Assembly: GCA_963832745.1 (NCBI GenBank) | Contig: CAWHVC010000004.1 | Coordinates: 64,001 to 128,000, forward strand | Length of the DNA stretch: 64,000 bases | Direction: 5' to 3' | From: Candidatus Bathyarchaeota archaeon | Lineage (GTDB): Archaea > Thermoproteota > Bathyarchaeia > Bathyarchaeales > Bathycorpusculaceae | In this document: positions 1-9,829 of the stretch, piece after piece | Position numbering within the stretch: position 1 is the first letter of the stretch | Layout: each line of letters begins with the position of its first letter | The notes under the pieces: generated by a model | What the model was told of the DNA's origin: nothing | Seen by the model: the letters and a program-made list of their open reading frames with translations, nothing else | Database searches by the model: none | Position numbers and translations under genes: made by a program

Positions 1-1
1 G

Positions 2-946
2 ATGGATGCTGCTTTGACTTTCCGTTGCCAAAATGACTGCATCCACTGTTATGCAGGGGGACCACACGAAACGCCTGAACTTTCCACCGCACAATGGAAA
101 CAGATCATTGACAAACTTAGCGAAATCGGAGTTTTCATTATAACCTTCACAGGCGGCGAACCCACCTTACGCGATGACCTACCAGAACTGCTACTTTACG
201 CTCAAAAGAAAGGCATAGTCACTGGTTTGATTTCTAATGGCCGTAAACTCAAAGATGCCGCATACGTTAAGGTGCTTGAAGATTCAGGATTAGACTTTGT
301 CCAGGTAACATTGGAGTCGGATAAGCCTGAAATTCATGACGCAATGACTAAGGCGGTTGGCAGTTGGGCTGAAACTGTTGAAGGCATTAAAAACGCGGCT
401 AAATCATTAATCTACGTTTCAACCAACAGCACGCTTAGCAAACAAAACGTGGACGGGTTCATGTCTACTGTTGATTTTATCAAGAGTTTAGGTGTGGACG
501 CGTTTGGCTGCAACAGCCTAATTTATTCTGGTAAAGGGGATAAAGTAAGTGAAGAGTTTGCCCTGTCCGCTGACGAGTTAAAAGATTTATTGCCGAAGAT
601 TCATGACCGAGCGCATGAGGTTGGCTTAAAATTTCTATGGTATACACCTACCCAGTACTGCATTTTTAATCCTGTCCAAGTAGGGTTAGGAATTAAGTCG
701 TGCACTGCAGCCATGATTAACGCCTGTGTGGGACCCAACGGCGACGTTTACCCCTGCCAAAGCTACTTTGAAAGCCTCGGCAACATCCTAACTGAGCCTT
801 GGGAAAAAATTTGGAACAGCCCCCTCGCCCAGAGCCTTCGCAAACGTGAATACGTGGAACCTAAATGCAAAGACTGCCCAACCTTGCAAGAATGCGGTGG
901 AGGCTGTCCCTTGGAGCTGCAGAGTAAGCAACATATTTGTAGCTAA
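2..946 (+). CDS. Radical SAM/SPASM-domain protein (PqqE-like), 5'-truncated by the window edge
   Basis: CxxxCxxC (CQNDCIHC), GGEP motif, C-terminal SPASM cysteines (CTAA..GDVYPC..CKDCPTLQECGGGC). Confidence 0.9.
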   Translation: MDAALTFRCQNDCIHCYAGGPHETPELSTAQWKQIIDKLSEIGVFIITFTGGEPTLRDDLPELLLYAQKKGIVTGLISNGRKLKDAAYVKVLEDSGLDFVQVTLESDKPEIHDAMTKAVGSWAETVEGIKNAAKSLIYVSTNSTLSKQNVDGFMSTVDFIKSLGVDAFGCNSLIYSGKGDKVSEEFALSADELKDLLPKIHDRAHEVGLKFLWYTPTQYCIFNPVQVGLGIKSCTAAMINACVGPNGDVYPCQSYFESLGNILTEPWEKIWNSPLAQSLRKREYVEPKCKDCPTLQECGGGCPLELQSKQHICS

Positions 947-1024
947 ACAGTATTATAGACTCTTTAGCGGTTAATCAAACCCTCTTTTAACCATTAAACC
1001 CAGAGTATAGCAGGCAAAAACGCT

Positions 1025-2263
1025 ATGGATATTCAAGAGAAAACGCGGCTCATTATTTTCGACGTTGAAGGAGTCTTAATTCCCAAAAACATGTTCTTCT
1101 ACAAGATGGGCAGAACACTTGGCTTCTTCACTTTAATGCAGATTCTGATATACGGGTTTCTATATGAAATCGGCGTGTCATCTCTTGAAACATCACTTAA
1201 ACGTATTTTCAACAAACTAAAAGGGCAGAAAATGCAAACACTGCTGTGCGTTTTTGACCAAATCCCAGCTACTCCAAGACTGCAAAGTTTTTTTGCGCAA
1301 GTAAAAGAAAGAAATTACCGTGTTGCTCTGATTAGTTCAGGTTTGCCCACGGTAATTGTTGAAAGTTTAGCAAAATGTTTAGGAGCAGACTATGCGTACG
1401 GTATTGATGTTTGTGTGAATGCTGCTGGCGAAGTTACTGGTGAAATCAGCGGGGAAGCCATAGAAGTTAACGGTAAAATGAAGATTTTACAGCATATATT
1501 AACGGTTGAAGGCTTAACTTTAAACGATTGCACGGTGGTGGCTGATGACCGAAACAATCGTTGTCTCTATACACGTGAAACCAAAAAAATCGGTTACAAC
1601 CCAGACTTTATCATCCGAGTAAAATCAGACTATGTTGTAATGGGGAAACTTGCAAGCATCCTGCCAATTTTAGACGCGAAAAAGGTTAAGCGGGCTTTCC
1701 CATCAACAAACGATTTCGTCAGGGAAGACATTCACGCTGCAGGCTTCTTTATGCCTGTAATAGCCCAAATAGTCGGCGTCCTGCCAGTAGCCATTTTCAT
1801 CAGTGCAGTATCAATTGTTTACCTTATATCTGAAATTATTCGGCTAGACGGCAAAAGATTACCATTCATCTCAGACGTAACATGTCATGCAGCTTCACAA
1901 TCAGAGTTTTACGGATTTGCCGCTGCTCCACTTTTCTACGCTTTGGGAATCCTGTTAACATTGTTGATTTTTCCTTTTCCAGCAAGTGCCGCTGCAATCG
2001 CCATTTTTGCTTTAGGGGACAGTACAGCTTCAATCTTCGGGGGCTTGCTGGGCATACGTTTGCCGTTCAATAAGGGTAAAACTTTGGAGGGTTCGCTTTC
2101 GGGTTTTGTCTTCGCGTTTTTGGCGGGCAGCTTGTTTGTTGCACCCTGGATTGCAGCTGTTGGAGCAGCAATTGCCATGTTTGTTGAGTATCTGCCGTTG
2201 CCAATAAATGATAACGTTGTAATTCCAATTGTTACAGCAGTGGCTTTAACACTGCTAATATAG
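1025..2263 (+). CDS. HAD (phosphoserine-phosphatase-like) domain fused to a CTP-dependent dolichol/phytol kinase-like membrane domain
   Basis: N-terminal IFDVEGVL and ISSG HAD motifs; C-terminal TM helices with GDSTASIFG, KTLEGS and INDN kinase motifs. Confidence 0.8.
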   Translation: MDIQEKTRLIIFDVEGVLIPKNMFFYKMGRTLGFFTLMQILIYGFLYEIGVSSLETSLKRIFNKLKGQKMQTLLCVFDQIPATPRLQSFFAQVKERNYRVALISSGLPTVIVESLAKCLGADYAYGIDVCVNAAGEVTGEISGEAIEVNGKMKILQHILTVEGLTLNDCTVVADDRNNRCLYTRETKKIGYNPDFIIRVKSDYVVMGKLASILPILDAKKVKRAFPSTNDFVREDIHAAGFFMPVIAQIVGVLPVAIFISAVSIVYLISEIIRLDGKRLPFISDVTCHAASQSEFYGFAAAPLFYALGILLTLLIFPFPASAAAIAIFALGDSTASIFGGLLGIRLPFNKGKTLEGSLSGFVFAFLAGSLFVAPWIAAVGAAIAMFVEYLPLPINDNVVIPIVTAVALTLLI

Positions 2264-2281
2264 CTGCTATGCGAAATTATT

Positions 2282-2566
2282 TTATTTTTTAGAATCTATT
2301 AAATCCTGTTTTTGTTGATGACTTAGTTTTTTGATTTCACGTTCACGCTTCATTGCAACTCCTCGGCAATTATGCGTTTCAACGTAAGCGAGTTTTTGGG
2401 GTTTATGGGCTTTAGTGTATCTTGCACCTTTACCATTTTGATGCTGACGTGTTCTTGCCTCAACATCTTTAGTGTATCCAGTGTAAAAACTGCCGTCACT
2501 GCAAAGCAGTATGTAAACGTAAAACGCCACTGTCTGTTTACTACTCCTCTTGGGGCATGTATTCAA
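2282..2566 (-). CDS. GIY-YIG nuclease family protein (UPF0213-like)
   Basis: YVYILLCSDGSFYTGYT..R..QH..GKGARYT..AMKREREIK. Confidence 0.9.
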   Translation of the reverse strand: MNTCPKRSSKQTVAFYVYILLCSDGSFYTGYTKDVEARTRQHQNGKGARYTKAHKPQKLAYVETHNCRGVAMKREREIKKLSHQQKQDLIDSKK

Positions 2567-3212
2567 AAGCGATGCCTTTTTGCATTGCCCTTTTCAAGTA
2601 AGCTTCTGGATCAATTTCTTGAACAGTTAACTTGTCAACATCTATAATGTAGATTTCATGAAGGTGTGCATTACGAATTTCATCAACAGTTACGGGGGGC
2701 TTTTTGTAGTAAGCGTCAACAAGACGTTTAACACAGGCGATTTCTTCATCTGTCCGGTTACGCGGAGGCTTAGCAAGCGCCTGAGGAAAAGGCAAAATGT
2801 AATGTGGCGTAACACCTAAAGCGAATTTGCCGGCGAAACTGCTGTAACGTATGATTTTGCTTGCTAACCGTGCAGACGTGTAAGTCATGGGTGCCAACGC
2901 GTTTTCGGGTGGAATGAAACCTGTTTCGATTTCTACTATGAGGTTGCCGTAGCCTTTAGTGGCAAATATGTCGCAGTTCAGTATCTCGTTAAGGGGATAC
3001 TCGAGTTGGACGTCGTAGTCTCTTTGGATTAGGTATTTGGCGCAGACAAGTTCCATGACTGAATGGTTAATTTTTACAACGTTCTCTTTTTGTAGTTTAA
3101 TAAGCCAATCTTTTAATCCAATTATTTTAGTTATGGTGGATTCTGGCGTGTTTATTGTTAGTTTTGAAATTAATTTTAAAATGTCAGCTTCAAATTTTTG
3201 TCTGCCGCTCAT
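2541..3212 (-). CDS. Conserved archaeal hypothetical protein, PD-(D/E)xK nuclease-like
   Basis: CDIFATKG..IVEIETG resembles a PD-(D/E)xK core; overlaps the GIY-YIG gene. Confidence 0.55.
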   Translation of the reverse strand: MSGRQKFEADILKLISKLTINTPESTITKIIGLKDWLIKLQKENVVKINHSVMELVCAKYLIQRDYDVQLEYPLNEILNCDIFATKGYGNLIVEIETGFIPPENALAPMTYTSARLASKIIRYSSFAGKFALGVTPHYILPFPQALAKPPRNRTDEEIACVKRLVDAYYKKPPVTVDEIRNAHLHEIYIIDVDKLTVQEIDPEAYLKRAMQKGIAFEYMPQEE

Positions 3213-3307
3213 CTACTGCGACCAACCAAGATTAAGAATGGTTAACTGTTTGTTTAAGCCTTCTGTTGGGTGGTAGTGTTTTGTTTTTCAAAATATTAAT
3301 TGCTTGG

Positions 3308-3490
3308 AAAATTGCCATTAAGAACCTACCCTCTATAGGTTTCTGCATAGAACCTCTAATAGGCTCCAAATATGAAGGTTGGAAATAATTTGTTTTTTAT
3401 TAATTGTAGGATTATTTTTTGAAAAGTTTGGTGAGTTTGTTAAAGCTGTTCTTTTTTTATGGAAATTTATTGAGTCTTAATGGCAAATTT
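3308..3490. repeat. 16-bp imperfect inverted repeat bracketing ~180 bp of non-coding DNA
   Basis: AAAATTGCCATTAAGA (3308-3323) versus TCTTAATGGCAAATTT (3475-3490), 15/16 complementary. Confidence 0.6.
3324..3372 (+). repeat. Dispersed bipartite intergenic motif, copy 1
   Basis: ACCTACCCTCTATAGGTTT ... TAGGCTCCAAATA; related copies at 18192 and 26003. Confidence 0.65.
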
Positions 3491-3699
3491 TTTGTCTGTT
3501 TGTTTCTTTTTTGTGTCTTTTGTTCTGTATTTTTTACTATTTTATTTTCTGTGTCGCTTGCTTTTTTGTGTCTATTTTTTAGTACAGAGTGTTAGAAGAT
3601 AAAATTCTTAAGCCAAAGATTACAATTCATTGTCCAGCGATAACATGCTCGCGGGATAGACAGAAGCAAGTCTAAAACTTAACCTATAGGTCGGTACTA

Positions 3700-4303
3700 G
3701 TGAAGAAAAGCAATATTCGAAGAAAAACTTTTGTTGCTCGAGAGGACTTGCTAAACCGTCTTGCTGAAGTTGCAGAAGCCCAAGGAAGCAGCCTATTTGA
3801 ATTAGTTAACGACCTTTTTCAGTTAGCAATAGATTCCGACGAGCTTAACTTTAGCTTAAAACGGGTAGTTGAAGAACGAAAAACTTTAGAAACAGCTAAA
3901 GGCGCCGGTTTCATTTTGGGGCTGGAAAGCCTATGGTATGAAATGGCTGATACAGCTTACAAAAAAGATAAACGGATAGCTTTGAAAAGCTGGTTTGACT
4001 CTAGGGGTCTGGTTTGCAACACGCTATATGACTAATGGAGTTAATTCTCCTCCGCTTGACCAATTTAAAAATGACTTATCTGCTTTTACTTGGAATGCCC
4101 CCGAGTTTGAGCTTAAAATGAGAGGAAATAAAGCATCAGTAAGGGTAACAAGTCCACGATTTACCGAGGCTTACACTTTTCTTTTTGCCTCATTTTTGCT
4201 TGGTGCAATGGGAAAATTTGGGTATCAACCTGTTGAACAGCAAGTTTCCCGTGGCGTAATTCGTTTAGACACAGTAAGGAATGGTGTAAATGGTACAGCG
4301 TAA
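3700..4303 (+). CDS. Putative ribbon-helix-helix plus V4R-like regulator; one frameshift near 4000
   Basis: ORFs 3700..4035 and 3995..4303 join at SWFDS/GVWFA and together parallel the downstream paralogue (WFESGKWHG). Confidence 0.55.
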
Positions 4304-4865
4304 AGATAAGAAATTAGTTTACGTTAATTATGACTTGCTTGAAGAAGTTGCAAAGGCGTCAAGAAGCCGCGGAGAAACAATTACCAAATTCTTAGAGGAA
4401 GCATTAACCCAAGCGGTAAGAGTCACAACAGCAGGTTATGACATTAAACAACTAGGCGAATTCTTTGAAGTGATGTATGCTCAACGAATTCTCGGAGGTG
4501 CCTTTGTACCCTTAGATGTGCTAAATTACCTGACTGATTCTGCTTGCAAAGACGGAAAGGAATCCCTTGCAAATGTGTGGTTTGAAAGCGGAAAATGGCA
4601 CGGCAAATATCTAAAAGAACGCTTTGATGACCCTGTTCAGTCTTTAGAGAGTTTCTTGGAAGCTAGTCGTTGGGATTTAAGTGAGGTTGAAGTGAAACGT
4701 TTTGGTGTAACGGCGCGGGTGCGTTGTGTTTCTACAGTTCTTACAGAGGAGGCAACGCAGTTGCTTGCACGGTTTATTGAAGGTATAATGCAGGGTTTTG
4801 GTTATCAAATCCAGAAAAGTGATGTTTTGAAAGGTATGATTATTCAAGAATTTCTCAGTAAATGA
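4290..4865 (+). CDS. Putative ribbon-helix-helix plus V4R-like regulator (paralogue of the upstream gene)
   Basis: N-terminal KLVYVNYDLLEEVAKASRSRGETITKFLEEAL RHH-like pattern; C-terminal FIEGIMQGFGY. Confidence 0.55.
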   Translation: MVQRKDKKLVYVNYDLLEEVAKASRSRGETITKFLEEALTQAVRVTTAGYDIKQLGEFFEVMYAQRILGGAFVPLDVLNYLTDSACKDGKESLANVWFESGKWHGKYLKERFDDPVQSLESFLEASRWDLSEVEVKRFGVTARVRCVSTVLTEEATQLLARFIEGIMQGFGYQIQKSDVLKGMIIQEFLSK

Positions 4866-4972
4866 TTTTTTTTGATGTTTTAATTGTAGTTTTGGATTTG
4901 CCTTTTTTTGTATTTTTTTATCTTTTTTTAAGCTTTTTTTGCCTTTTTTTGGATGAGCATTTATTAAGGGTT

Positions 4973-5010
4973 TGTGCACATTTCCTTACACGTGTAACTA
5001 AACGTGTACA
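4973..5010. promoter_or_regulatory. Candidate operator upstream of the surface-protein gene
   Basis: Palindromes TGTGCACA (4973) and TTACACGTGTAA (4986-4997); ACGTGTA repeated at 4990 and 5002; TATA-like GGTATAAGTA near 5044. Confidence 0.45.
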
Positions 5011-5111
5011 TTTAGCGCTGACTTGTGAATTGTGTCTACAGTAGGTATAAGTACTCAAATCGCTAACTTAACAACCACTAATAAGTTATAGAAATAGGAA
5101 GAAATCAAAAA

Positions 5112-7515
5112 ATGAATACAATCAAATCAAAAAATAAGATTATAGCAGCAATAACAGTAATGCTACTAATGGTATCCATGGCGATAGCAATAGCGCCAGC
5201 AAATGCCGCTCCAGCAATAACTGCTCCAACAACAGGAACAGATGTTACTGTCGGACAAAAAGTTACAGTGTCTGGATCAGGTGCAGCTATAGGCAGTCTA
5301 GTGGAAATCTACTGGGGAACCACTGCAGCCGCAAACAAATTGGGTGAAGTCTACGCCGATGGCGCAGGCGCTTACTCAAAGCAGGTAACCATTCCTGATG
5401 CAGTTGCAGGTGCTCACTACCTCATCGTTAGAGACTCCAGTGGCTCAACAGCAGTATCAGTTGATGTTGTGGCAAACATTAAATTGTCCATGACCTCCGG
5501 CATTCAAGGTGATCGAAGTTACCGTAACCGGTACAGGCTTTGCAGGTGCAGCAGTTGGCAGTGCAGCAAGCAATGTTACAATCACCTTCACAGACGATGA
5601 CGAATATCGCAGTTGATGTTGCAGCAGTAAATGCATCTGCAACAGGCAGCTTCTGCAGTAAGTTTCAACAGTTCCAGAAGATGCAGTCTATGGTGAATAC
5701 CTCGTCATTGCAACAGACCAAGCAGCAACACCTAACACAGATAATGCAATCTTCACCGTTGGCGCTGCAATCGAGTTAGAACAAACAAAAGGCCCAACCG
5801 GTACAGTTGTTGACATTTCAGGTCGTGGCTTTGATGCAAACTCAAACATTACAATCTCTATCAACTCAACACCAGAAACAATCGCCAAATTAGTTAGTGC
5901 AATAAAAACTAACGCAAATGGTGTATTCACTGGTCAATTCATCGTTCCAACAATCGCTAAAAACACAACAACAGCATACACTATCACCGCATCAGATGAC
6001 GGTGTTGAAGAATACTCAGCAACAGCATCATTCACCGTAAATGCTACTTCAACCATTACAATCGCTCCAGTTGCAGGTGCCCCAAGCTCTACAGCAACAG
6101 TTTCAGGTATGTACTTTACAGCTATTGAAGGAACCGATGTCACTATCAAATTCGACGGTGCCGCACTTCCAGTAACATTCACAACTGCAGCAGACGGTTC
6201 ATTCACTGGTAACATATCTATCCCAACACGCCCAGAAGCAGCCTATCCAGTACTAGCAGTTGATGACTACGGCTTAAATGCAACTGCATCATTCACCGTT
6301 GCAATTGTCTCATTAGTGGTTTCACCCTCAAGTGTTGTAACTGGCGGTCAAATGACCATAACCGGTTATGGATTTGTTGGTCCACTAGTAAACATCACAA
6401 TGAACGGTCAACTTATCTTCAAGAACCTTGCAGTCGCTTCATTAGCCGGCGGTCAAATCTACACAGTCCCAACTAAAGCAGTAGGCACATACACAATCAT
6501 TGCAACCGACGAAGCAGGCAGAACAGCATCTGACACTGTCCAAATAACAGCAACAACAACCGTAACAGTAACACCAGCAAGCGCACCAAGAAGCTCACTA
6601 GTAACAGTTGAAGGTCTCTACTACCAACCAAGCCAATCATTAACAATCCTGTTGCTCAACACAACAGATAACACTAGAGTTAGCACATTAGTCACAACAA
6701 CAACCAACACAACCGGTGGATTCAAAGCAACATTCATAGTTGACTCAGACCTCCAATTAGACAACTACATCATTAAAGCAAACACAACAATCACATCAGC
6801 AACAGCACCATTCACAGTAGCAATCCTGCAAGTAACAGTTGCAACAGGCGCAGACTCATACCAGCAAGGTGCAATCGGCAGCTTCAGACTGACAAGCTCA
6901 ATGACCCCAGAAGGACGGATTGGAATCTATGATCCAGACGGAAACTTATTCGAATATCACGAATACGTATCAGTGACAATGACTGGGTACCAGCAGAAGG
7001 CTATATATTTGAAGCATATCATTGCAGAGGCAGGAGTGACATCAGGCAGCTACATCTATCCAACAGGCGGATACGGCTTGCTCAGCGGAACAATGTTCCG
7101 ACTGCCATCACGACGCAAAACTTGGCAACTGGACATGGACAGCAATGTTCTTCGGTGAAGACGAATTAGCAATCAATGGCATGTTCGCAGTCACTAACGG
7201 TACAGTCGTAGGCGTTGCAGGTCCAGCAGGTCCACAAGGCGAAGCAGGTCCAAAAGGTGACAAGGTGCAACTGGCGCTTCAGGTGCAACTGGCGCTACCG
7301 GCGCAACAGGCGCTTCAGGTGCAGCAGGCCCAACAGGCGCAACTGGTCCAACCGGTCCAGTAGGTGCTACAGGTCCAGCAGGCTCTGACGCTGAAGGCGT
7401 TATTGGCGGTCCAGCAATGCCAGCAGCATCAATCGGTCTAGCAATTGTTGCATTGATCGTTGGTCTGTTAGCAGCATTCGTTGCAATCACACTGCGACGC
7501 AAAATCGCTAGCTGA
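5112..7515 (+). CDS. Large multi-Ig-like cell-surface/S-layer-type protein with collagen-like stalk and C-terminal TM anchor; several frameshifts
   Basis: Signal peptide; repeated Thr/Val/Ala-rich beta-sandwich units (VTVTGTGF, G.F...F.VP); Gly-X-Y run at ~7218-7385; TM helix ending RRKIAS* (TGA 7513-7515); strongly biased codon usage. Confidence 0.75.
7218..7385 (+). repeat. Collagen-like Gly-X-Y coding repeat
   Basis: 9-nt periodic GGT/GGC-GCA/CCA-ACT/GCA units encoding GPAGPQGEAGPKGDKG..GATGASGATGATGATGASGAAGPTGATGPTGPVGATGPAG. Confidence 0.85.
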
Positions 7516-7534
7516 AAAAACCTAAAAAAACCAA

Positions 7535-7560
7535 ACCCCTTTCTCTTTTTATTTTTTTGT
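7535..7560 (+). terminator. Archaeal T-tract terminator
   Basis: CCCCTTTCTCTTTTTATTTTTTTGT just after the stop codon. Confidence 0.55.
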
Positions 7561-7650
7561 CAAACTTTGCTTTTTAACACGCTTATTTCTACGCATGAAA
7601 CTTTGCTTATCTCAACTTAAACAACAGCAAAATCAGGATGTAAGCAGATT

Positions 7651-9470
7651 TTAGTGACTATTTTTTTTAAGCCAAACAAGAACTGTAACGGCTGCAAATG
7701 CTGAAACTGAAATTATAACGATGATAACCCAAAAAATTGTTTGTTCAGGCGGCGAAGGTTCGTTTGGTGTGCTGGTTGGTATCAGGCTTGTTGTAGGCTC
7801 AATAGTCTATACTGCTATCTATTGTTATATTATCTATTATTTTGTGTGGCGTTTCTTGGTTGCCTGCGTAGTCTTCGCTCCAGTATTCCAGTTTATTTGC
7901 CCCTTCCAAATTGATGTATGGTTGCCCGTTTATAGTGACTGTTTGAGTTGGGCCATCATTAATTTTGTAGTAAATTTCAGCTACGCCGCTTAGGTCGTCT
8001 GTGGCTGTTAAATTTATTGTGAAAGCTGTAGTGTGTGTTTTTCCGTCATAGTTGTCCACTGTAACTGGTGCTTCTGTGTCAAGCGTTACCGAAACGGTTT
8101 GGCCGATGCTGTCTTGGAAGCCAAAAGCATCACTTACTGCAAGATTTACGTTGTAAGTTCCTTCTGAAGTGAAAACATGCTCAACCGCTGGAGAATCAGT
8201 TGTTAGGGATGTTGTGCCATCACCGAAATTCCACGTGTAACTGGTGAATCCGGTTGCTCCACCAAAACTTGCTGATGCATCAAAAACTGTGCCGCCGCCA
8301 ACATAAGCTGAATGTGGCGTCCACGAGAAGATGGCGTTGAAATTGCTTGGTGTAGCGAAAACTGCGGCTGAAGCGTTAACTAATCCGTAACCAAAAAATA
8401 TGTCTCTATCCGAACCGTCGGCTGGCTGTAAATCAACGGCTGTTGTGTCTAAAATGTTTCTTACTTGAATGTTTGTTAACGAGGGGTTTTTAGCCCAAAC
8501 AAGTGCTGCAGTGCCTGATACGTAACCTGTTGAATAGGATGTTCCAGTGCCCCAATAAGTTGTGTTGGTTAAACCTATTGAATACACATTTTCTCCTGGC
8601 GCCGCAAGCTCAATTTCTGGACCGCAGCATGAGTCTTCAAGGCGTCGATTGTTTTCTTTAACTGCTGATACAGCGATTACTGAATCGTAGCAGGCTGGGC
8701 ATCCGACTCCTGTTAAGATTTCGCCTATGTTTCCTGCTGCGCCAACTAGCAAGAGTCCTCTGCTATAAGCCGTGTCAACAGCTTGTTTTAAAGCATAGTT
8801 TTCGTCGATAAGGTTCCAACTCATCGATATGATTTGCATGTCGTGGTCTATTGCCCACTGTATTCCCAAAATTGCCTGATTCAAGTTGCCGACGCCTTCA
8901 TCGTTTAATATTTTTACAGCATAAATCTGCGCGTTTGGGGCAACCCCGGCGGCTCCTAAAGCTGAACTTGATGAAGTAGCAATTATTCCCGCTACCATTG
9001 TGCCGTGGCCATAAACGTCGTTTGTATCTAAATTGTTATCAATAAAGTTGTAGCCGCCATAAACTGTTAAGTCATTGACTGGACCGACGCCTGAATCTAA
9101 AACTGCGACTTTGACGCCTGCACCTGTGCTTTGGCTCCACGCTTGGGGTGCTCCAATATTTTCAATTGCCCAACGTATAGTACCTGATGCTTGTATCTGA
9201 CTGTTTTCCGTTATGTAAGCTATTTGAGAATTTTCTTTTAACTGTGCTACTGCAGTTTTGGGTAAGATGGTGTGAACTGCTGGAATAACATTGTAGACTT
9301 CAAGTATTACGTGCGCCTTTGCTGGTTAGTAATTCAACGTTTGGTGTACCGTTAAAGCCAACTATTGCATCTACGGTTTGGGCTGTTGAACCTGATGCGG
9401 GAGAGCTTGCGAAGGCACCTAAAAGAATACATGTCAAAAGTAAAATAGCGGTGCATTGCTTGTTTTTCAT
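7651..9470 (-). CDS. Membrane-anchored subtilisin-like (S8) serine protease with propeptide and PKD domain; frameshifted
   Basis: Signal peptide from ATG 9470; KVAVLDSG, GHGTMVAG and GTGTSYS catalytic motifs; YTWNFGDG PKD motif; TM tail ending KKNSH* at 7651. Confidence 0.85.
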
Positions 9471-9586
9471 CAGGTTCCCTTTTTGTCCTAACTAACCACT
9501 GTAGCGATTTAAGTTTTGCCACATTGCGTTAAAAGTGAAGGTTTTATTTTGGGAATCAATGTTCTATACTGGTTGGGGACCTGAAA

Positions 9587-9829
9587 ATGAAGTTTGCTGA
9601 ACTTGCAATTTTGCTAAGAGAAATCGTTGACAGTTGCCCAGGTCTAGATGGTAGCACTATTTCTTTGATACCGCAAAAAGCAATGTACCACCTGTACACT
9701 GGATACCATATCGTGATTAAAGATTCAATTAGTCAAGATAGCATGGGCTGTTTAAGAAAAATTGTTGAAGGACATGATTTAATGATGAAAATCAAAATAG
9801 ACTCCATTGTTATCTATGAACCAAGGTAA
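9587..9829 (+). CDS. Small hypothetical protein, paralogue of 59707..59979
   Basis: Shared pattern MK..E....L.EI...G..I.I.......I....L.......I.IY. Confidence 0.55.
   Translation: MKFAELAILLREIVDSCPGLDGSTISLIPQKAMYHLYTGYHIVIKDSISQDSMGCLRKIVEGHDLMMKIKIDSIVIYEPR

Noticed and set aside
2-946. Radical SAM/SPASM enzyme as the maturase of the 57044 peptide
   Set aside because: It lies 56 kb away, no precursor is visible beside it, and its upstream context is outside the window.
2282-3212. Nuclease pair as a novel defence system
   Set aside because: Both look like common conserved archaeal genes, with no methylase or ATPase partner.
7218-7385. Short tandem repeats as a CRISPR array or VNTR
   Set aside because: The 9-nt periodicity encodes Gly-X-Y; there is no repeat-spacer structure and no cas gene.
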